Of a DNA stretch of 64,000 nt, positions 51,304 through 58,909 are shown piece after piece (position 1 is the stretch's first letter; the number at the start of each line of letters is the position of its first letter). Origin of the DNA: Bdellovibrionales bacterium (GTDB lineage Bacteria > Bdellovibrionota > Bdellovibrionia > Bdellovibrionales > UBA1609); the NCBI GenBank assembly GCA_965199825.1, contig OZ241329.1:640001-704000 (forward strand), in the 5' to 3' direction. The notes under the pieces were generated by a model. The model made no database searches and was not told the DNA's origin. It saw nothing but the letters and a program-made list of their open reading frames with translations. Both the position numbers and the translations under genes were made by a program.

Positions 51304-53511
51304 CTAATTTGGTACAATCAATGCTGAACCAATTGCCGAAGAGTTATCGTCGGTAAAATTTTGCGAGCTTCCACCGGCAATCGTTGAAATGATTCCAGTT
51401 TTGGCTGAAACCTGGCGGATCCGCCCACTTGTGTAATCGATTAAAATAAGATCACCAGCCGAATTCAATTTTATATTCGAGGATTGTATTGTTGCTTTGT
51501 TCGCAAAATCATTGTCACCCGATGTTCCTTTGACTCCTGTACCAACAACTGTCGAAATTTGATAAGCTTTGCTGTCAACGGTACTCAGTTTTCGAATGAC
51601 GGCATTAATGGCATCAAAAATAAAAATGTCACCTTTCGAATTTATCGCTAAATAAGTAGGTGAATTCATTTGTGCCAAAGCTGATGCTCCTCCATCGCCA
51701 GAATAACCAGCCTCGCTCGTTCCAGCAATCGTTTCAATTTTTCCCGTGCTCGATAGGATTCGGCGAACAACATTATTGCTTGAATCTGCAATCCAAAGAT
51801 TGTTTGCACTATCAAAAGCAAGCCCGGTTGGAGAATTTAAGCGAGCGTTGATCGCAAGACCGCCATCTCCTGAATATCCAAAGGTGCCATCGCCAGCGAT
51901 TGTTGTGACGACATTATTACTGAGATTCAGTTTTCTAATCACCGAATAATCTGAATCAACAAAATAGAGATCGCCGCTCAGATCGAATGATAAATCCCAT
52001 ACGCTTCCGATTTGTGCTTGAGTTCCAAGTCCTCCATCACCTGAATATCCATCCGTGCCGTTACCAACTACGGTTGAGATCATTCCAGCTTTGTTGACCT
52101 TAAGAATGCGTCGATTGCCGACATCCGAAAAATAGAGTTCACCCAATGGAGAAACCACGACTGGACCCGGGCCATTGATCACAGATTCAGTTGCCTGTGT
52201 CGCTTTTGGGAAAACCCCATGAAATATTCCGGCAACTGGCGATATCAAACCTGTTTGAGCATTGATTCTCACAAGCACACGATCGGGATTAACAATAAAA
52301 ACAAGATTATCATCTGCATCGATAACAACAGGATTTGAATATCCAACATTCAAATTTTTAGGCGATCCAAACATCAGCATATTCAACGCAACAAATGGAA
52401 AAACGCCGCTGATTGTATGAACTAAATTGGAGTTTACATCAATTTTGCGAATACTATATTGTCCCAAGGCGCTAAAATAAATATTGCCGGCTCGATCTAC
52501 TGCAAGACTCGCAATTTCTCCTAATATAGTTTTGTTTGCTGGGTGTCCATCTTCATTGATCCCATCACTTGAAGCTGATCCAGCGTAAGTCGTCATTATG
52601 CCAGTTACTGAATCTACTCGTCGAATTTGATAATCTGCGATCAAAAGATTACCTCCCGGATCGAAGCTTAATCCATGTGGGATACTAATTGAGCTTTGGG
52701 TTGCTAAAACGCCGTCATTATTTCCATCAAACTCTTTCCCTGTTCCGGCGTAAACACTCAGTATCCCAATTGGAGTGACCTTTAAAACACGAGCAGTTAT
52801 CCCATCGGCTATAAACAAATTTCCTAACGTATCCACCGCAATTGCGGCAAACTCATTGGTGAAGCCGGTCGCTGTTGCCGACATCCCATCTTGCACTTGA
52901 GCTAATGCGGCGGAATTTCCACCAGCAAAGGTTGTGATGACTCCAGTTTTTCCGTCAACTCTACGAATTACTAAATTCTTGCTGTCGCAAATAAAAACAT
53001 TGTCCTGTTGATCTACCGCAAGACAGGTGGGCGCAGATAAAAGGCTGAGAGTTGCGGGCCCTCCATCCCCAGAGTAACCGATCTTATTTGTTTGACCCGC
53101 TACTAAGGTAAGTTTGTTTGTCGACTTTTCTATTTTATAAACAACGCTAAGCCCATTATCTGCCAAAAACAAATTGCCGTTCTTGTCGTAGGCAGTTCCC
53201 CAAGGGTTACTAAAATTTGTCTGAAACGCCGAACCGACGAGACCTGCAACGGTTTGAAGAGTCCCGTCGCGACTATTGATTCTTCTGATGGTATTGGTGC
53301 CGAGTTCAGAAAAATAAAAGTTGCCTTGAGTATCAAAACGCTGAGTCGAAACTTGCCAGGGTTGGTTTACAAAAGCAGAAGAGGATTGATCTAAGCTCAT
53401 TTTCATAGCGCCAAAACCTGAAGAGCAGTTTTGGAAACACACCCCAATCAGAGTGACAAACAGTAAAAGCAAAGCAAATTTGAGTTTGCTGTTTCGATAT
53501 CGAATTGCCAT
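51304..53511 (-). CDS. Exported NHL-repeat beta-propeller protein
   Basis: Repeated GYSGDGG.A / P.GLA.D..GNL.IAD units; CFQNCS signal motif. Confidence 0.85.
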   Translation of the reverse strand: MAIRYRNSKLKFALLLLFVTLIGVCFQNCSSGFGAMKMSLDQSSSAFVNQPWQVSTQRFDTQGNFYFSELGTNTIRRINSRDGTLQTVAGLVGSAFQTNFSNPWGTAYDKNGNLFLADNGLSVVYKIEKSTNKLTLVAGQTNKIGYSGDGGPATLSLLSAPTCLAVDQQDNVFICDSKNLVIRRVDGKTGVITTFAGGNSAALAQVQDGMSATATGFTNEFAAIAVDTLGNLFIADGITARVLKVTPIGILSVYAGTGKEFDGNNDGVLATQSSISIPHGLSFDPGGNLLIADYQIRRVDSVTGIMTTYAGSASSDGINEDGHPANKTILGEIASLAVDRAGNIYFSALGQYSIRKIDVNSNLVHTISGVFPFVALNMLMFGSPKNLNVGYSNPVVIDADDNLVFIVNPDRVLVRINAQTGLISPVAGIFHGVFPKATQATESVINGPGPVVVSPLGELYFSDVGNRRILKVNKAGMISTVVGNGTDGYSGDGGLGTQAQIGSVWDLSFDLSGDLYFVDSDYSVIRKLNLSNNVVTTIAGDGTFGYSGDGGLAINARLNSPTGLAFDSANNLWIADSSNNVVRRILSSTGKIETIAGTSEAGYSGDGGASALAQMNSPTYLAINSKGDIFIFDAINAVIRKLSTVDSKAYQISTVVGTGVKGTSGDNDFANKATIQSSNIKLNSAGDLILIDYTSGRIRQVSAKTGIISTIAGGSSQNFTDDNSSAIGSALIVPN

Positions 53512-53517
53512 TAGAAC

Positions 53518-53544
53518 TTTTCGGATTCAAAGGGGTAAATCTTA
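53518..53544 (-). promoter_or_regulatory. Putative sigma28 promoter
   Basis: TAAG-N15-TCCGAAAA, 6 nt before ATG 53511. Confidence 0.5.
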
Positions 53545-53581
53545 ATGAGCGATCTGTCTCGTATTGAAACAAGTGTTGCTT

Positions 53582-53619
53582 AAAAATAAAGGGCGAAAGC
53601 TTTTAAGCCCTCGCCCTTA
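53582..53619 (-). terminator. Intrinsic terminator after rnpB
   Basis: AAGGGCGAGGGC-loop-GCTTTCGCCCTT followed by TATTTTT on the minus strand. Confidence 0.75.
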
Positions 53620-53620
53620 A

Positions 53621-53966
53621 GTTCGTACAACTATAAGCCGGATTCTGTTGGCAAAAGCGTTAAACTTTTGCTGATGCTCATTCATCTGAGAAAATCATTG
53701 CTGATTTCCTTAAGCGATCGACCCGAAAACTTCGTACTGGCCGTACATGTGTTTTCCTATTTGATCTTGCTCCGCGCAGAGTTTGGCTGTTTTCACTCCA
53801 GCGGCTCCCAAACTATCTCCCGTTCCCAATAGTAAGATCAAAGCCCTGGACATTCTCTCTGTTCCACTGTTCCTCACCTTACGGTGGAGGGGCGTTACCC
53901 CCTGCGCTGCCATGTGGAGTCCGGACTTTCCTCTCCGTTGAAGGAGCGAACATCCATCGGACGAAC
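53621..53966 (-). ncRNA. rnpB: RNase P RNA (bacterial type A)
   Basis: Minus strand has GAGGAAAGTCCGGACTCC, GGAACAGTGGAACAGA, GAGCAAG..CAAATAGG and ACAGAATCCGGCTTAT; the ends GTTCGT and ACGAAC pair as P1. Confidence 0.95.
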
Positions 53967-53984
53967 GCTCTTTGCTATCATGAT

Positions 53985-54839
53985 TTACTTTTTGTCGGCA
54001 AGCTTTTGGCCTTTTTGCCAGATGCAATCTGCACCGGTGAGAACTAAATCTCCAGCTTGGCTTGGACGGATGACGACGCTGTCTGCTTGCCCATCTAAAA
54101 TCGCCACTGTTGCAATTCCAGTAGCGCTACCCGCAGGCTGTCCCAATTGCGACAACGTCGTCATTTCATTTGAGCTTAAATCTTTTGTTGCACAAAATTT
54201 TGGAGCAGCACCGTGGTGGACTTTTGGCACATCCCCAGCATTTTCAACCACCAAGATTTGGTGCTCAACACCATCTTTAGCAAATCGTGGATTTTCAAAA
54301 TGCACACTGTATCTTTCGAGTTCGCTAATTTTTTTCCAACGCAAAACAAATGTTGCAGCTTCTTTGCGGCCCGAACATCGCACATTTTTGGCCGTTCTTA
54401 CAATGTCGCCATTATCAAGAGTCCAGCTGTAGGAACCAACCGAGCACTGATCATAGGGCTTAAAGTAATTGGCGGTACGTTCTGTTGAGTAATTCAAAAC
54501 AAACTGGCCGCTAACTATATTGTATTTATTAACTTCAACCAATGCAGAGCCGTCGAAACGAAAGTTCTGCTGGGGCAGCATCGAGTTTTGCCCGATGGTC
54601 GCAACAGGATAAGAATTAAACTGAATCTCATTGTATTTGCCGTTAGCATCGAGAGGAGCTTCGTTAAAACGAAGGGTTTCGCATCCTTGCTGAAATACAG
54701 CAACTGCAGAATTGAACTTTTCATAACGAGGATTGTCTTTAAGTCCTACCATAGCCCAATCAGAATTATAGACGCCGGTAAAGTTTGGGCAGTCTTGGGC
54801 AAGGGCAAATTGAGAGAGTAACAGAGTAAATAAAATCAC
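53985..54839 (-). CDS. Hypothetical exported protein
   Basis: Signal peptide ending FALA, then QDCPNFTG.Y; GGAG RBS before GTG. Confidence 0.7.
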   Translation of the reverse strand: MILFTLLLSQFALAQDCPNFTGVYNSDWAMVGLKDNPRYEKFNSAVAVFQQGCETLRFNEAPLDANGKYNEIQFNSYPVATIGQNSMLPQQNFRFDGSALVEVNKYNIVSGQFVLNYSTERTANYFKPYDQCSVGSYSWTLDNGDIVRTAKNVRCSGRKEAATFVLRWKKISELERYSVHFENPRFAKDGVEHQILVVENAGDVPKVHHGAAPKFCATKDLSSNEMTTLSQLGQPAGSATGIATVAILDGQADSVVIRPSQAGDLVLTGADCIWQKGQKLADKK

Positions 54840-54894
54840 TTTTTATCTCCAAGTTTCGAAAGTCCATCTTCAAAACTATTACAAGGTGATCTTT

Positions 54895-54911
54895 TGCAAG
54901 CTGCCGGCCAC
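54895..54911 (-). promoter_or_regulatory. Putative sigma54 promoter for 54839..53985
   Basis: GTGGCCGGCAGCTTGCA has GG-N10-GC. Confidence 0.55.
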
Positions 54912-55079
54912 CTCAGTTGCTCATTAAAATAGATCCAATGGGTTTATGCCTGACTAGCTTCTAGGCGCAAAAGGTAAATTTTTACCGGTTAACTTTTTTG
55001 ATAATGGCCAAATTAGGGCACCCCAAATGAACATTCTGCAGCCAAATCGGCGCCAAACTCTATTTATTTAGAAATGAAG

Positions 55080-55096
55080 CTGGAATCAAACCTGCT
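55080..55096 (+). promoter_or_regulatory. Putative sigma54 promoter for lipoprotein paralog 1
   Basis: CTGGAATCAAACCTGCT has GG-N10-GC and nearly matches 56457..56473. Confidence 0.55.
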
Positions 55097-55162
55097 ATGT
55101 ATTCGTTTGTAATTATCCGTTTATTTTTAATGAAACCAATTTTCCAAAGTAAAGGAAGGAAA

Positions 55163-55789
55163 ATGAAACTAAAACTACTTATTACTGGTCTTGCCGCAAC
55201 TGTTGCAGTTGTTGCCTGCTCGAGTAAAGACAAAGCTCTTAAGCCACTCGTTTCTCCCTCAAGTTCTGCGACAACAAATTCTGTTCAGGACAAGAGCGTA
55301 GAAGCTATGAACCCAACCGAACAGGTTCAGGGTTTGGATGCTATGACAATGAGCTGGGATGACGGCGATGCTAAGAAAGCTTATCAAGAAAGACTAAAGG
55401 GTTTAAACGTAAGAATCCTTGTTAACGACGATATCCAAAGCGTTTTGAAACAGGAAGCTTCGGAAAAACACTCGAAGTGCACAATTCTCGCTGTTGGAAC
55501 ACACCTTGCCGCTGGCGATCAGTTGTTTATCAAAAGTATGGTTGGCGAAAAAGTTTTTGATTCTTCAGAAGGATCACACATTGGTGACGCTTCAGTTTTA
55601 AAACAAAACGAAGGTAAATTGAAAGTTGAATTCACTCTTGCCAAAATCGGCAAAGATGGAACTCCAACTTCTGATAAATCAGTAAACAATGAATTGACCC
55701 TCCGATGCATTAACGACTTTTCGGTAATGACTTTCGGAGATGTATCAGCCGCTTTGAATAACAAGCTGTTGTTTTTCTCTGCTAACTAA
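55163..55789 (+). CDS. Lipoprotein of unknown function, paralog 1 of 3
   Basis: Lipobox VVAC; GGAAGG RBS; motifs shared with 55862 and 56512. Confidence 0.8.
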   Translation: MKLKLLITGLAATVAVVACSSKDKALKPLVSPSSSATTNSVQDKSVEAMNPTEQVQGLDAMTMSWDDGDAKKAYQERLKGLNVRILVNDDIQSVLKQEASEKHSKCTILAVGTHLAAGDQLFIKSMVGEKVFDSSEGSHIGDASVLKQNEGKLKVEFTLAKIGKDGTPTSDKSVNNELTLRCINDFSVMTFGDVSAALNNKLLFFSAN

Positions 55790-55800
55790 TCTTAATTTTT

Positions 55801-55833
55801 AAAGGATCATCCTTCGGGATGGTCCTTTTTTTT
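55801..55833 (+). terminator. Intrinsic terminator
   Basis: AAAGGATCATCC-TTCG-GGATGGTCCTTT followed by a T run. Confidence 0.85.
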
Positions 55834-55861
55834 GCCCAATTTTCCATGGAAGGAAAATGCG

Positions 55862-56383
55862 ATGAGACTTAAATTTTTAATGGTCAGTGTCTTGGTTTTA
55901 GCAGCCTGCTCAAAGCAGCAACAAACAGCTAAACCCATTGATCTTGATACGGCCACTGACTCGATGGACTCTGCCCATTTTAATGTTCTCAATGCGATGA
56001 CGCCTGCTTTGTTTGACCAAAATCTGGTCGCCGAATTCAAAACACAATTATCTGACCTTGCACCTCGCGGATTGGTCTCGGGCGACATCCGTCGCAACCT
56101 GGACTTAAATTCTCCCTGTAAAATGACCGCTGTGGGCAATAACATCCAAATGAGTGATCTCTTATTTTTTGTTGATCAATCGGGATTTAGAGATGGCGAT
56201 CTTCATGTCAGTTATAGACTGAGCAAGATTGATCCCGACTTAAAAGACGAATCTGGAAATCCCATAATTTCAACTGCAAAAGATGAAGTCTCTTTCACTT
56301 GTACTAATGATGGCTCGTTTATGAGCTTTGGTGAGATCACTCAAAGTTTAAAGGGCAATTTGAACTTTATCTCACTCAAATAA
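55862..56383 (+). CDS. Lipoprotein of unknown function, paralog 2 of 3
   Basis: Lipobox LAAC; DLAPR, RDG.L.V.Y.L.K, C..DGS.M.F. Confidence 0.8.
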   Translation: MRLKFLMVSVLVLAACSKQQQTAKPIDLDTATDSMDSAHFNVLNAMTPALFDQNLVAEFKTQLSDLAPRGLVSGDIRRNLDLNSPCKMTAVGNNIQMSDLLFFVDQSGFRDGDLHVSYRLSKIDPDLKDESGNPIISTAKDEVSFTCTNDGSFMSFGEITQSLKGNLNFISLK

Positions 56384-56456
56384 ACAAAATTTGTCACTGG
56401 CTTTTGAAAAATTGAACTGCCTAAAATTCCCAAAACGCATACTGAGCGAGATGGGG

Positions 56457-56473
56457 TTGGAACCAATCCTGCT
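56457..56473 (+). promoter_or_regulatory. Putative sigma54 promoter for lipoprotein paralog 3
   Basis: TTGGAACCAATCCTGCT has GG-N10-GC. Confidence 0.55.
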
Positions 56474-56511
56474 CAATAAAACGCACTAACAATTTCTACG
56501 GAAGGAAACTT

Positions 56512-57039
56512 ATGAACGTTAAACTCATTCTTTCTGGTCTACTGGCTGCGACAATGATGTCGGCATGCTCAAGCTCTGATCAGAAAACAAAAGCTGTGGC
56601 CCGTGTCGGTAAAACAGACACAAACAGCGTATTGCTCAACAGCTTAAATGGAGTTACCCCTGCAATGTACGATGAAGCCGAAAAAGCTGAATTTGCTAGA
56701 TCTTTAAATGACCTCGCTCCACGCGTTGTTGTTTCATCGACTGCAAAAGTAGATGAGAAATCGGTTTGCTGGATTCGCGATGTCGGATCTGATATCAAAA
56801 AAGGTGATACTCTTTTTATTGATATGACAAAGACCACCGCTTTGCGGGATGGAAAATTGGTTGTTGAATACGTTCTTACCAAATCTAGCCCAGAACTCGT
56901 TGACGATACCGGTCGCGGTGTACAGTCTTCGACTAAAAACGAAATGACTTTGGGTTGCTCAAGCAACGGCTCTGTTCTTACCTTTGCTGATGTCAGCAAA
57001 GCTTTGAATGGCGCTTTGACTTTTGTTTCAGGTAAATAA
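56512..57039 (+). CDS. Lipoprotein of unknown function, paralog 3 of 3
   Basis: Lipobox MSAC; DLAPR, RDGKLVVEY.LTK, C..NGSVLTF. Confidence 0.8.
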   Translation: MNVKLILSGLLAATMMSACSSSDQKTKAVARVGKTDTNSVLLNSLNGVTPAMYDEAEKAEFARSLNDLAPRVVVSSTAKVDEKSVCWIRDVGSDIKKGDTLFIDMTKTTALRDGKLVVEYVLTKSSPELVDDTGRGVQSSTKNEMTLGCSSNGSVLTFADVSKALNGALTFVSGK

Positions 57040-57046
57040 TTTCTTT

Positions 57047-57079
57047 CAAGACCGCCTTTACCGGCGGTCTTGCCTTTTT
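57047..57079 (+). terminator. Intrinsic terminator
   Basis: CAAGACCGCC-loop-GGCGGTCTTG followed by CCTTTTT. Confidence 0.75.
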
Positions 57080-57116
57080 AATTCCCACCGCTTGATCTGT
57101 TTGTTAAAACAACTTT

Positions 57117-57785
57117 GTGATAAAAATAATCTGCTTCTTATTTGTGATCTCGTCTTCTTCTTTTGGCCAACTTGTGTCCGAAGAGCCCCCACCCGATTCA
57201 ACTGGACCCAAAATATTAGTCGCCTCACCACATCATCAATTTCAATGGTGGATCGATTCTCAAAATCGCTTGGCAAATTTTCGCCGTTGTGAAGTCTTGC
57301 CCAACCAAAACATTCGCTGTAATGCCCCTGTTCTTTTGCGCGGAATTCCTCCCGCAGAGCTGCGAACGATGATTAATTTTTATGCCGAACGTTTAACTAA
57401 ACCATTGAGCGAAAGCCTTAAAAGTTATGCACTTGCTGCAACTTCCCTTACCGGAACCGCAGCGCTAGTCGCGGTGAGTAGTCAGATTCCCGAAAATTTT
57501 GTTAAGCGGATTTTGCGTGGCAAAACTGTTGCGATTGGAACTGTCATTACTGTCGTTGCGGTGGTTGGTTATATGGGTCTTGGGTTTTATCGTAATCATC
57601 AAGACAGAATTATTATTCAAGCCTTCTCTGACGCGACAGAAAAAGACCCTAAAGTTCCTCCGCATATCTTTTTGACCAATGACGGTTTATTTAAAGAATT
57701 TTTCCGCACCTTTCGTTTGATGCTCCAGGACTACACACATGGTGGTGGTACCTTTTACGAAGATGGGAATCTTATTTTTCAATAA
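57117..57785 (+). CDS. Hypothetical exported or membrane protein
   Basis: Signal peptide and two internal hydrophobic segments. Confidence 0.6.
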   Translation: MIKIICFLFVISSSSFGQLVSEEPPPDSTGPKILVASPHHQFQWWIDSQNRLANFRRCEVLPNQNIRCNAPVLLRGIPPAELRTMINFYAERLTKPLSESLKSYALAATSLTGTAALVAVSSQIPENFVKRILRGKTVAIGTVITVVAVVGYMGLGFYRNHQDRIIIQAFSDATEKDPKVPPHIFLTNDGLFKEFFRTFRLMLQDYTHGGGTFYEDGNLIFQ

Positions 57786-57797
57786 AGGAGAACTGAT

Positions 57798-58217
57798 ATG
57801 ATCAAGCGCAAAGCCAACGTCACATGGTCTGGCACAGGCAAAGATGGCAAAGGGCAAATCTCAACCGAGAGTGGTGCAATCAAACAAGTCCCATTTACCT
57901 TTAAAACTCGTTTTCAAGGCGAAAAAGGCACCAATCCCGAGGAGCTTATTGCAGCCGCTCACGCTGGATGCTTTTCGATGGCACTCGCATTTATGCTCAG
58001 TGGTGAGGGTCATACACCTGAGTCCATTGAAACCTCGGCTGCAGTCTCGATGGAAGAAAAACCCGAAGGTTGGACGGTGACCGAAAGTCTTTTGACCTTG
58101 AAGGCATCCGTTCCTGGTCTGGATGCCAAAGCAATCAAAGAATTTGCCGAAAAAGCAAAAGCGGGTTGCCCGATTTCACGCTTGCTCAATGCTAAAGTTG
58201 GGCTTGAGATCGTGTAA
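57798..58217 (+). CDS. osmC: OsmC family peroxiredoxin
   Basis: GTNPEELIAAAHAGCFSMAL and CPISR; AAGGAG RBS. Confidence 0.93.
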   Translation: MIKRKANVTWSGTGKDGKGQISTESGAIKQVPFTFKTRFQGEKGTNPEELIAAAHAGCFSMALAFMLSGEGHTPESIETSAAVSMEEKPEGWTVTESLLTLKASVPGLDAKAIKEFAEKAKAGCPISRLLNAKVGLEIV

Positions 58218-58218
58218 T

Positions 58219-58253
58219 AAAAAAAAGTCTTCCAGCCTTCAAAGCTGGAAGAC
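58219..58253 (-). terminator. Intrinsic terminator between convergent genes
   Basis: Perfect stem GTCTTCCAGC/GCTGGAAGAC with an 8-nt U tract on the minus strand. Confidence 0.8.
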
Positions 58254-58259
58254 CACAAT

Positions 58260-58466
58260 TTACCTTTTGGCTTTACACGCGTCAGAAGCCTCGACAGATA
58301 CACCTTCCACAGTGCCCCCACCTTTAATGGTCTTCACACACGATTTCACTTCCATTCCTTTTTTGCCCGCTGCCCGACAAGCCTCGCGCACCTCTTTACA
58401 AGGCCCGCCTTTTGCGAATGCCATAGAGCCCGAAATCATGATTGCAGTTAAAATTAATTTTTTCAT
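58260..58466 (-). CDS. Small exported protein with four Cys
   Basis: GGAGG RBS, signal peptide MKKLIL...AFA, own terminator. Confidence 0.75.
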   Translation of the reverse strand: MKKLILTAIMISGSMAFAKGGPCKEVREACRAAGKKGMEVKSCVKTIKGGGTVEGVSVEASDACKAKR

Positions 58467-58558
58467 TTAAAGTCCTCCATGAGCTGTGAAGTTATCTTCA
58501 TTTGTTATCCTTACGATAGTTTGTTCATCTGCTTCTTCAACAAAAAAAGGAGATTCAC

Positions 58559-58909
58559 ATGAGTCTAGTTACAGATATTATTCACAAGATTTTTGGAACA
58601 CAAACAGCGACCGCAACCTTGCCTAGTCAACCTTTACCAGCCACACCACCTGCGGTGAATGTCGATGAAATTTTATCGGGGCTTGCAAAAAAACATACCG
58701 AGCGTTTGGACTGGCAACATTCGATTGTTGATCTGATGAAGGTGTTGAATATGGATTCAAGTCTTCAAAACCGAAAACAACTTGCAAAAGAATTGGGTTA
58801 CACCGGCAGCCAAGATGATTCGGCAACAATGAACAAATGGCTACAAAAACAGGTTTTGAGCAAAATTGTCGAAAATGGTGGAAAACTTCCTGAAGAGCTT
58901 TTGCACTAA
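58559..58909 (+). CDS. DUF3597 family protein
   Basis: LDW..SIVDLMK.L..DSSL..RK.LA.ELGY.G..DSA.MN.WL.K.V...ENGGK.P; AAGGAG RBS. Confidence 0.85.
   Translation: MSLVTDIIHKIFGTQTATATLPSQPLPATPPAVNVDEILSGLAKKHTERLDWQHSIVDLMKVLNMDSSLQNRKQLAKELGYTGSQDDSATMNKWLQKQVLSKIVENGGKLPEELLH

Noticed and set aside
51304..53511. Repeated GYSGDGG-encoding segments as a DNA repeat or CRISPR array
   Set aside because: They are degenerate protein-level NHL repeats with no identical nucleotide repeat-spacer structure and no cas genes.
53710..54432. ORFs 53710..54027 (-) and 53884..54432 (+)
   Set aside because: They overlap rnpB or lie antisense to the 53985..54839 gene; shadow ORFs.
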